Shown one piece after another: positions 7,596 through 14,594 of a stretch of DNA of 57,866 nt. The notes under the pieces were generated by a model. It saw only the letters and a program-made list of their open reading frames with translations, was not told the origin of the DNA and searched no databases. Origin of the DNA: a virus (taxonomy: Duplodnaviria > Caudoviricetes); IMG/VR virus record IMGVR_UViG_3300013014_000035, positions 1 through 57,866 of that record. One strand, given 5' to 3'. The stretch's first letter is position 1; every line of letters starts with the position of its first letter. A program made the translations under genes and the position numbers.

Positions 7596-7621
7596 CATCT
7601 TATAGACCAAGGAGATATACT

Positions 7622-7957
7622 ATGGATGTTCTATCAGCTTATGTGACACGTATGCGTGATAAAGCAACAGAAAATCAATTGAGTCATGATCAGGTTCCGC
7701 CTCTGGTTTGCCGTGATGGGCTCAAATTGTCAGTTCAAGCGAGTTCTTCTCACTATTGTGAGCCAAAAAATCACGTTGGTCCATGGAAATCGATGGAACT
7801 TGGCTTTCCTAGTAAACCGGTCCCTGAATTGCGACAATGGCGTGAGGATCTAGGAGATGATTCTCCGGATGAAGAATGTGTTTTTGGATGGGTTCCCGTT
7901 GATATGCTATTGAAAACCATTGAAAAGCATGGTGGGTGTGATCAACTCGAAGAGTAG
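7622..7957 (+). CDS. conserved phage hypothetical protein
   Basis: CRDGLKLSVQASSSHYCEP...ELGFPS...VFGWVP...IEKHGG; AAGGAG RBS. Confidence 0.8.
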   Translation: MDVLSAYVTRMRDKATENQLSHDQVPPLVCRDGLKLSVQASSSHYCEPKNHVGPWKSMELGFPSKPVPELRQWREDLGDDSPDEECVFGWVPVDMLLKTIEKHGGCDQLEE

Positions 7958-7990
7958 CCATAAAATTAACATTTTGTAATGATTTTTTTG

Positions 7991-8019
7991 TTGACACAAC
8001 CATCAAAGTTTGTTATAAT
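7991..8019 (+). promoter_or_regulatory. sigma70-type early promoter
   Basis: TTGACA-N17-TATAAT with TG. Confidence 0.85.
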
Positions 8020-8044
8020 AACTTTATTAACATAGGATTGTGAT

Positions 8045-8455
8045 ATGCAACTCCCCACCGAAGGTTCAGTCGTAGAGATTATATTGGACAATGCTGCAGC
8101 ACGTTATGCTATGGCTCCGTGTTCAGTGCATAGGGCACAACCTACATTGACTCTTCGTGGGGTTGTTGTACCCACTCCTAAGTGGATGACTTCTGTTGCC
8201 GATCTTACTATTCTAAATAGTGAGACCAAAGGCTTTAATTATATCCCTAGACACAAGATCTTGACTATTGGTGGTGTTACGGTAAAACAACCGAAGGTCA
8301 CTGCAGACAAGGTCTTAAATATGACTTCATCTAAAACTGGCGAAGTCTATACTGTGCGACAAGATGGTCGTACTAAACGTTGGTCGTGCACTTGTATTGG
8401 ATTTCAATTCCATAAGAAGTGCCGACATGTAACAAAAGCTATGGAGAATAAATAA
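8045..8455 (+). CDS. SWIM-type zinc finger protein
   Basis: YTV......WSCTCIGFQFHKKCRH (CxC...CxH). Confidence 0.75.
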   Translation: MQLPTEGSVVEIILDNAAARYAMAPCSVHRAQPTLTLRGVVVPTPKWMTSVADLTILNSETKGFNYIPRHKILTIGGVTVKQPKVTADKVLNMTSSKTGEVYTVRQDGRTKRWSCTCIGFQFHKKCRHVTKAMENK

Positions 8456-8703
8456 TGGCTATTACAGATACCGAAACATTCCGTGCTCTTGTCACGCAAG
8501 GACCAACTGTTATTATGGTCGAAAAGACACATATGTTGGCCTTGCTAGATGAACGAGATGAACTTCGTGATGCCCTTGTTAATATGTTAATGGTTCTTGA
8601 CTGTGCACACCAAGCAAGCGGATTCATCTCGACTGGTCATATGACAGACACAGAGAATGCTCTCACTAAAACAAAAAACATTTTGTTCAAAAATAACCCT
8701 TGA
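8455..8703 (+). CDS. hypothetical protein
   Basis: GGAG RBS, coupled ORF. Confidence 0.65.
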   Translation: MAITDTETFRALVTQGPTVIMVEKTHMLALLDERDELRDALVNMLMVLDCAHQASGFISTGHMTDTENALTKTKNILFKNNP

Positions 8704-8727
8704 CTTTTTACTAAAACCATATATAAT
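8700..8727 (+). promoter_or_regulatory. near-consensus sigma70 promoter
   Basis: TTGACT-N16-TATAAT. Confidence 0.6.
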
Positions 8728-8774
8728 AACATAACCAGGGCAATGTCGCCCATTTATACCAAGGAGACTATATT

Positions 8775-9137
8775 ATGAAGATTATGCGTAACATGGCTGC
8801 TCAGGGTGACTTCATTATCCTGCGTATTCAGAATATCCCCGAGGGTGTTGTTCCTGTTGCTCCTGAGAATGGCAAGGTAATTGTCGCTCACAGTGAAACT
8901 GGGCACAATCACGTGATGGAAGCAACTCGAGTCGAGGCATTCGAAGTTCCTGCTGATAAGTCCAACTCTCAGAATGTTGACTTGTACAAGATGTTCCTTC
9001 TTGTCAAGGAAGACACTCAGATTGACCATCTTCGGTCTTTCGATACTCACGAGGCTATTATGGTACCGCCCGGTATGTATGAGGTTCGCCGTCAACGCGA
9101 ATATACCGCCGAAGGTTTCCGTAAGGCGGCTGACTGA
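8775..9137 (+). CDS. conserved His-rich hypothetical protein, usual upstream partner of DUF6745 proteins
   Basis: QGD...AHSETGHNH...H.R.FDTH.....PG.Y..RRQREY; AAGGAG RBS. Confidence 0.75.
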   Translation: MKIMRNMAAQGDFIILRIQNIPEGVVPVAPENGKVIVAHSETGHNHVMEATRVEAFEVPADKSNSQNVDLYKMFLLVKEDTQIDHLRSFDTHEAIMVPPGMYEVRRQREYTAEGFRKAAD

Positions 9138-9196
9138 TCTTTGATCTAGGTTTTATTTTTAGAAGCTTTCCACTTATATAATGTAAAGGTGATAAT

Positions 9197-10063
9197 GTGA
9201 TTACTAGTTTGAATGAAGACCAACTGGCGCAAATTCCCGTGTATCGGGACCGCTGGTTGGAAATCGGTCTTCGTACTGAAGTTCTTGACTTTGCTGCAGC
9301 TAAGACTGCTCTTGCAAAGTGCTACACCTCCCGTGATCTTGAATCACCTTCTAATGTTTATTATGCTACTGGACCTATGGATGCCTACAAGATCTATAAG
9401 TCAGTAAAGCCTGGCGGTACTTCTACCGAATTCATGAACTCTATGATCTATGGCGCTCATGATAGTTCTTGGTTGAGTTTCTATGCTTACTTTAAGGAAG
9501 TCTGTGGTCTGGATCTGGAGATTGTCCAGCCACTGATTGAATATGCCCAAGTTGCTTGCTGGACTTATGTCGACAAGGACTTTGCTATTATTCAAGAGTT
9601 CCCGATGTATATCCGATTCGATGATCAGAATCGTCTGCATTGTGAAGATGGTCCTGCCATTGAATATCAAGATGGTACCATGGTGTTTGCATGGCATGGT
9701 GTTCGTCTGAGCCGTGACAAGTGGTTCTGGATCACCAATAAGCAAGAGTTGTCTGCTAAGGCAGCCCTGAAGGAAGACAACTTGGAACTCCGCCGAGTTG
9801 CCTGTGAAATTCTTGGTTGGGTCCATATTCTTAAGGAACTGAAGTCTAAGGTTATTGATCAGGATGAAGATCCGCAGATTGGTACTCTTCTGCAGGTGAA
9901 TATTCCTGATATCGGTAAGGAACAGTTCCTGCGTGTTGTTTGTGGTACTGGTCGTGAGTTTGCTATTCCGGTGCCGCCTACTGTCAAGACCGCGTTGGAA
10001 GCAAATGCTTGGACCTATGGTGTTGATCCCGAGGTGCTTCGAGACTTGGAATTCCGTACTTAG
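9197..10063 (+). CDS. DUF6745-like protein
   Basis: YRDRWLEIGL..., YGAHD..WL.FY.YF, RLHCEDGPAIEYQDG...AWHGV, ENxExRR-like EDNLELRR, C.TGREF.I.VPP....ALEA.AWTYG. Confidence 0.75.
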   Translation: MITSLNEDQLAQIPVYRDRWLEIGLRTEVLDFAAAKTALAKCYTSRDLESPSNVYYATGPMDAYKIYKSVKPGGTSTEFMNSMIYGAHDSSWLSFYAYFKEVCGLDLEIVQPLIEYAQVACWTYVDKDFAIIQEFPMYIRFDDQNRLHCEDGPAIEYQDGTMVFAWHGVRLSRDKWFWITNKQELSAKAALKEDNLELRRVACEILGWVHILKELKSKVIDQDEDPQIGTLLQVNIPDIGKEQFLRVVCGTGREFAIPVPPTVKTALEANAWTYGVDPEVLRDLEFRT

Positions 10064-10090
10064 TTTATAAAACATATTGAGTTTAACTCG

Positions 10091-10124
10091 GAGGGTGGTA
10101 TTAAGGTTATCACCCTCTTTTTTT
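10091..10124 (+). terminator. intrinsic terminator
   Basis: GAGGGTGGTA-ttaaggt-TATCACCCTC followed by T-run. Confidence 0.8.
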
Positions 10125-10137
10125 GTGCATTTTTTTG

Positions 10138-10166
10138 TTGACAGTGATATATGGTTGTGTTATAAT
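10138..10166 (+). promoter_or_regulatory. sigma70-type early promoter
   Basis: TTGACA-N17-TATAAT with TG. Confidence 0.85.
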
Positions 10167-10207
10167 CAGTAATGACAAAATGTGAATAATATAAAAGGAA
10201 TATAAAA

Positions 10208-10405
10208 ATGTATAGTAAAATGTATAGTCAAACTATAGTTGATATAATGGATGATGTTGAAGATGCTATTAAGACAAAGGTTAGGAAACAAGTAGCATAT
10301 CATAACTTTATGGAAGTTTTTGAACTTAGACATATTGGTCAGATACTCGATTGCGAGTTCCATATTAGAGAACAATTTATGGATGATGTAGAAAATGAAA
10401 GTTAA
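10208..10405 (+). CDS. QxxEDL-family miniprotein 10
   Basis: IMDDVEDAI...; ends IREQFMDDVENES. Confidence 0.7.
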   Translation: MYSKMYSQTIVDIMDDVEDAIKTKVRKQVAYHNFMEVFELRHIGQILDCEFHIREQFMDDVENES

Positions 10406-10559
10406 AGATATTATCTTTCCACTATCGACATGGAATATTAGAATTATTGCTGACAATCAAATCAAAAGTCAAGTTTACGACCATAATAAAGTATTATATG
10501 ATCTTATGTTGTATGTTCCACATATTCATGAACAACTCAGAGACGATTTAGATGATTAG
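10395..10559 (+). CDS. QxxEDL-family miniprotein 11 (54 aa, not in ORF track)
   Basis: MKVKDIIFP...IHEQLRDDLDD. Confidence 0.7.
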   Translation: MKVKDIIFPLSTWNIRIIADNQIKSQVYDHNKVLYDLMLYVPHIHEQLRDDLDD

Positions 10560-10740
10560 TTTATTCGTCTATCATCTTTATTCAAGAAAAGAATGTGAAT
10601 CTAAAACTAATAACGAAGTAAAATATCTTATTTCTGAAAAAGTAAGAAACGGACTTCTTGATCTGGAAATGTATTCCAAAATAAGACGTGCAGCTTGGAT
10701 GGAAGTTAACCATCAATTCATAGACGATCTCAAAGATTAA
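10552..10740 (+). CDS. QxxEDL-family miniprotein 12
   Basis: ends VNHQFIDDLKD. Confidence 0.7.
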   Translation: MISLFVYHLYSRKECESKTNNEVKYLISEKVRNGLLDLEMYSKIRRAAWMEVNHQFIDDLKD

Positions 10741-10781
10741 AAAAAGTTAACAAAAAAGTTTTGAAAACCGTAATTTTTTGG

Positions 10782-10810
10782 TTGACATTACCCCCAAAGT
10801 TTGTTATAAT
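10782..10810 (+). promoter_or_regulatory. sigma70-type early promoter
   Basis: TTGACA-N17-TATAAT with TG. Confidence 0.85.
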
Positions 10811-10859
10811 AACTTTATTAACAGGGCATATCGCCCATCATATGAAAGGTTTTTTTATA

Positions 10860-11813
10860 ATGGCTCATAATATCGAAATGATCGACGGTAAGGCTCAGAT
10901 GGCATATGCCGGTGATGTGCCTTGGCACGGTCTGGGTACTCGGGTACCTGGTGATCTTACCCCCGAACAGATGCTCGATGCAGCTGGTCTGAATTGGGAG
11001 GTCAATAAGGTCCCTGCCTTTGCTAAGGTTGCCGGCAAGAATGTTAATGTCGGTTGGTCTGCTCTGGTTCGCTCTAGCGATAGCAAGATCGTTGATGTGG
11101 TTTCGGATGACTGGAATCCGGTGCAGAACTCTGAGGCTTTCGAGTTCTTTAACGACTTCATTGCTGAGGGTGACATGGAAATGCACACCGCTGGTAGTCT
11201 CTGTGACGGCAAGATTGTCTGGGCTCTGGCTAAGGTGAAGGATTCGTTCGAACTCTTCGGTGGTGATAAGGTTGACTCTTACCTTCACTTCACCAACTTC
11301 CATAAGTATGGCTGCAGCACCGACGTTCGGTTCACTCCGATCCGTGTGGTGTGTAACAACACCTTGACTTTGTCGCTCAATACCAAGGTCGAGCGTATGG
11401 TCAAGATCAGCCACCGTCGTGAGTTTAACGGTGACCAGACTAAGCTGATGCTTGGTGTTGCAGCCGAAAAGCTTGCGCAGTACAAGGAAATGGCTCAGTT
11501 CCTCGGTTCTAAGCGCTACAGTGATGAAAACGTGGTTGAATACTTCAAGCGTGTGTTCCCTGCCTCGGAAAATGCCAAGCGCTCTGAAATTACCAAGAAT
11601 GCTCGTACTGCTCTTGGTATCCTTGAGACTCAGCCTGGTGCTGAATATGCTCCTGGTTCTTGGTGGCAGGCGTTTAACGCCACTACCTATATGACCGATC
11701 ACCTTATCGGTCGCTCTACTGATACCCGGATGACTTCGGCTTGGTATGGTGCCAATAAGAATCTTAAGGTTCGTGCTCTTGAGACCGCGATCGAAATGGC
11801 GGAAGCGGCCTAA
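10860..11813 (+). CDS. DUF932 domain protein (phage/plasmid-like TIGR03299 family)
   Basis: start ATG 10860; MAH.....MAY.G.VPWHGLG, PVQNSEAFEFF, TAGSL..G, TPIRVVCNNTL. Confidence 0.85.
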   Translation: MAHNIEMIDGKAQMAYAGDVPWHGLGTRVPGDLTPEQMLDAAGLNWEVNKVPAFAKVAGKNVNVGWSALVRSSDSKIVDVVSDDWNPVQNSEAFEFFNDFIAEGDMEMHTAGSLCDGKIVWALAKVKDSFELFGGDKVDSYLHFTNFHKYGCSTDVRFTPIRVVCNNTLTLSLNTKVERMVKISHRREFNGDQTKLMLGVAAEKLAQYKEMAQFLGSKRYSDENVVEYFKRVFPASENAKRSEITKNARTALGILETQPGAEYAPGSWWQAFNATTYMTDHLIGRSTDTRMTSAWYGANKNLKVRALETAIEMAEAA

Positions 11814-11820
11814 ATCAACC

Positions 11821-11845
11821 GGGGAGGGGAAACCCTCCCTCTTTT
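11821..11845 (+). terminator. intrinsic terminator
   Basis: GGGGAGGG-GAAA-CCCTCCCT-CTTTT. Confidence 0.75.
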
Positions 11846-11858
11846 GAGGATATACCAT

Positions 11859-12191
11859 ATGAAACTTATTTTATGTGAAAAGTGTTGTGATCTAGTCACA
11901 CTCAGAAAAAACGTAGACAGGATTTGCGAATGTGGTGAGTCCGGTGGGAAGTACGTTGATGATTTAAATGCTGAAATTTGGGGCCCTTGTTATAAGATCG
12001 GTTTTGCCAACCATTCATTTACAGCTGCTATCATCGCTCAGAGATTGAGTGGTGATTCGACTGAGAAGATGGTATATGGACTAGGGTATGTTACCAAGGG
12101 TCGTGACTTTGAAGCGTTTATTATCCCCGAAAGCGCCAAGACCATGAAGCGGGTCGATAAAAAAGTGGTTGACAACTCCCATAGTTTATGA
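11859..12191 (+). CDS. putative zinc-binding hypothetical protein
   Basis: MKLILCEKCCD....RICECGESGG; GAGGA RBS. Confidence 0.7.
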   Translation: MKLILCEKCCDLVTLRKNVDRICECGESGGKYVDDLNAEIWGPCYKIGFANHSFTAAIIAQRLSGDSTEKMVYGLGYVTKGRDFEAFIIPESAKTMKRVDKKVVDNSHSL

Positions 12192-12197
12192 TATAAT
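12169..12197 (+). promoter_or_regulatory. sigma70-type promoter
   Basis: TTGACA-N17-TATAAT with TG. Confidence 0.8.
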
Positions 12198-12227
12198 AAC
12201 TTATAAATCGAAAAGGATATACCAAAT

Positions 12228-13346
12228 ATGGCTCGGTTAACTAAACCCAAACCTAAAAAGAATGAACGTGTAGGTAAGACTGCACAATACATTGCTGATC
12301 TTAAGTTTATGGGTGAAGAACCAGTCGTCAAGGGTATTGTTGAACTTGACGACATGACCATAACCAAGATCTTTGGTTGGTACAATTATATGTGCACCAG
12401 ATCGGATGCCCGTCAGTATCTTAAGGACTTTTTTAAAATTCAAGGTGAAGATACTAATCTGGAAATGTTGGCAACAGTGCCGGACATTTGGATTAGTGTT
12501 ACAGCTGCTTGGTATGCACGTATTCTGAATCGTGGTGGTATCCTTGAAGTACCCCATGTAAAAAAGTTTAGGTTTAGGTTGACGGAGATGTTTTCAAAGT
12601 CGACTTTGAATAAAGTATTGGAAGTTCCCGATGAACCAGTCACTGAGGAAGTGACTGTTAAGGTTCGTAAACCAAGCGCCAAGATATCCGACTTTATCGG
12701 TGAGTTTGAGGAAGCCATAGATAAGTCAGGCTGGACATTATCCATGTATGAATGGCTGCAAAACAAACAGATTCCCTCGAATCAGGCAAAGATTGTTGAG
12801 GAATTTTATGCACCAATTGCCGAAGAGGCTAATCTGTCTCTCACCAGCACTAAGGTCAAAGAAGGGTATAACCATTATACCAGTGCTGAGTTGAAGAAGA
12901 GAGCGGCATTTTACTCTGGTATCGTGGCGGATTGTCAGCGCCATGCCTCGAACAAGAAGCAAATCGTCCGTAAGAAGAAAACAATTTCAGCTGATAAGAA
13001 ACTCAAGGATTTAAAGTTCCAAGCCGAAAGCAAAGACTTTAAGGTGGTATCCATCAATCCTGAAAAGATCCTAGGCTCTAGCGAGCTGGTGACGTTTAAT
13101 ACAAAATATAAGACACTCACACAGTTCATTGCTATGACCGAATCGGGTCTAGATGTAAAGGGCACCACCATCCTAAACTATGATGAAGACAAGAGCAAGA
13201 CCTATAGGATTACCAAAAATACTGAGATAAATATTGAGATGGTTTTCCGCAGCGGTCGGAAGGCATTTCTTAAGAATTTGGAAAAACTAAAAACTGCAAC
13301 ACTACAACATCGTATCAACGAAAACACAGTTCTTTTGAAGGCATAA
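12228..13346 (+). CDS. conserved T4-like phage hypothetical protein
   Basis: 372-aa ORF; SINPEKILGS..L..FNTKYK.L and GLDVKGTTI...RINENTVLLK motifs typical of environmental T4-like phages. Confidence 0.8.
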   Translation: MARLTKPKPKKNERVGKTAQYIADLKFMGEEPVVKGIVELDDMTITKIFGWYNYMCTRSDARQYLKDFFKIQGEDTNLEMLATVPDIWISVTAAWYARILNRGGILEVPHVKKFRFRLTEMFSKSTLNKVLEVPDEPVTEEVTVKVRKPSAKISDFIGEFEEAIDKSGWTLSMYEWLQNKQIPSNQAKIVEEFYAPIAEEANLSLTSTKVKEGYNHYTSAELKKRAAFYSGIVADCQRHASNKKQIVRKKKTISADKKLKDLKFQAESKDFKVVSINPEKILGSSELVTFNTKYKTLTQFIAMTESGLDVKGTTILNYDEDKSKTYRITKNTEINIEMVFRSGRKAFLKNLEKLKTATLQHRINENTVLLKA

Positions 13347-13350
13347 CATT

Positions 13351-13638
13351 ATGGCAAAACAAGATAAAACCACCAGCTTTGACTATGTAATTATTGATGG
13401 CGAACGAGTGAAGGTACCCGCATATCGCTATAATAAGAAAGGTGATAAGGATGGTCTTGAACCTTCACATGGCTACTACAAGAAAGTTAAGACGCCATGG
13501 GGCGCTATCGAACGTTGTTTCATTGTCTCAGTTCCTAGTCTTGCCGGTGGTAAAGATTCTTATGCCAGTGTCTTTAAGCCAGAAAGCAATCCTGGTGTTC
13601 GTTGGTCCGTGTTTCAGTTGCAAGAATCTTATAATTAA
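13351..13638 (+). CDS. hypothetical protein
   Basis: 95-aa ORF in operon. Confidence 0.65.
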   Translation: MAKQDKTTSFDYVIIDGERVKVPAYRYNKKGDKDGLEPSHGYYKKVKTPWGAIERCFIVSVPSLAGGKDSYASVFKPESNPGVRWSVFQLQESYN

Positions 13639-13641
13639 TAG

Positions 13642-13670
13642 TTGACATACACTTAAAAGTATGATATAAT
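13642..13670 (+). promoter_or_regulatory. sigma70-type promoter of tRNA cluster
   Basis: TTGACA-N17-TATAAT ending 10 nt before first tRNA. Confidence 0.85.
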
Positions 13671-13679
13671 AATTATATT

Positions 13680-13756
13680 GGTCCCATAGCTCAGCTGGAT
13701 AGAGCAACAGACTTCTAATCTGTGGGTCGCACGTTCAAGTCGTGCTGGGATCACCA
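13680..13756 (+). tRNA. tRNA-Arg(TCT)
   Basis: GGTCCCA/TGGGATC acceptor, anticodon arm ACAGA-CTTCTAA-TCTGT, GTTCAA T-loop, encoded CCA. Confidence 0.95.
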
Positions 13757-13762
13757 AGTTTT

Positions 13763-13840
13763 GGACCTGTAGCTCAGTTGGTTAGTAGCGGACCGCTCAT
13801 AACGGTTTGGTCGTAGGTTCGAGTCCTACCGGGTCCACCA
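13763..13840 (+). tRNA. tRNA with CAT anticodon, probably tRNA-Ile2 (lysidine) rather than Met
   Basis: GGACCTG/CGGGTCC acceptor with C4-G69 and C5-G68 (TilS determinants in E. coli), GACCG-CTCATAA-CGGTT, encoded CCA. Confidence 0.85.
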
Positions 13841-13842
13841 GT

Positions 13843-13969
13843 TTGTGGTAAGTAGAGTCTACTGTATGGCTACGCAAGTCTCGAGAACAGTAGAGCGGAC
13901 TGATCATTCGTAAAAGGAGGATGGGCAACCTAGGTGCAATAATCTAGGCAGATACCCCACCTGCCACAA
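13843..13969 (+). ncRNA. candidate structured tRNA-like ncRNA
   Basis: closing stem TTGTGGTAAGT/ACCTGCCACAA; TCTACTGT/ACAGTAGA; GCGGA-CTGATCA-TTCGT; CCTAGG-TGCAATAA-TCTAGG; no ORF. Confidence 0.5.
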
Positions 13970-14001
13970 TTGATTTTTTTATAATCGTTCAAAGGTGATA
14001 T

Positions 14002-14412
14002 ATGTTCGAAAAGATTGACTATGATGAATTGGTCTCAAAATATGATTATCAAACCAAGCTAGATATTGCTGCATGGGTCATCAGCAAAATTGATGAGCAT
14101 GGAACAAATCCAGGATCATTCCGATATTTGATTTATGATCGTCTTGGTTTTGATCTTGATGCATATGTACCTTTGTATTCAGCAGGTGGTATGAATATCT
14201 CAAATGAACTAGATTACTCATATCGTGAAAATCTTGCCAATGTTGTCAAGGAACAAAACATTGATAACAAGGAACTTAAGTCCGCTCTTTTGATTTGTGA
14301 TGAGCCTGGGTGTTATAATTACGCAAGCTGCGGCTTTCCTACATCTGATGGCGGTTATCGCAGAACTTGCCATGATCATAGTGATTTTAAAATAAATAAA
14401 TCGGAGACATAA
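14002..14412 (+). CDS. hypothetical protein with C-terminal Cys/His cluster
   Basis: PGSFRYLIYDRLGF; CDEPGC....SCG.......RRTCHDH. Confidence 0.75.
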   Translation: MFEKIDYDELVSKYDYQTKLDIAAWVISKIDEHGTNPGSFRYLIYDRLGFDLDAYVPLYSAGGMNISNELDYSYRENLANVVKEQNIDNKELKSALLICDEPGCYNYASCGFPTSDGGYRRTCHDHSDFKINKSET

Positions 14413-14414
14413 AA

Positions 14415-14594
14415 ATGCTCACCACAATTCTTTTTATTACTTTTCTTTTTAATGGTGAAGTTAAGAATACCTATCTGGCATCCACCACACCTAGTCAATG
14501 CATTAATGATATTGGAGCATCATTGGCTATTTTAGAAAATATGGGTGCTACGGTTATTACTGCTTATTGCACATTTGAAGGGGAATATGAATGA
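14415..14594 (+). CDS. small putative secreted/membrane protein (59 aa, not in ORF track)
   Basis: GGAG RBS; MLTTILFITFLFNG...C...AYC; ATGA overlap with next gene. Confidence 0.55.
   Translation: MLTTILFITFLFNGEVKNTYLASTTPSQCINDIGASLAILENMGATVITAYCTFEGEYE

Noticed and set aside
9401-10075. 224-aa minus-strand ORF
   Set aside because: Antisense shadow of the DUF6745-like gene.
10818-11858. 346-aa minus-strand ORF
   Set aside because: Antisense shadow of the well-conserved DUF932 gene; no RBS, promoter or recognisable motif.
13841-13896. HDV-like (theta) ribozyme right after the tRNA CCA (GTTTGTG can pair with CGCAAGT, crossing TCTACT/AGTAGA)
   Set aside because: P1 needs three G-U pairs, L3 lacks the pyrimidine-rich consensus and no GG follows P1; a self-cleavage assay would settle it.
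13900-13955. SAM-I riboswitch-like words (ATC...GGCAACC..GGTGC...AGAT)
   Set aside because: Only 2 nt separate GCAACC and GGTGC, there is no AGAG/kink-turn P2, and an alternative CCTAGG/TCTAGG stem is stronger.
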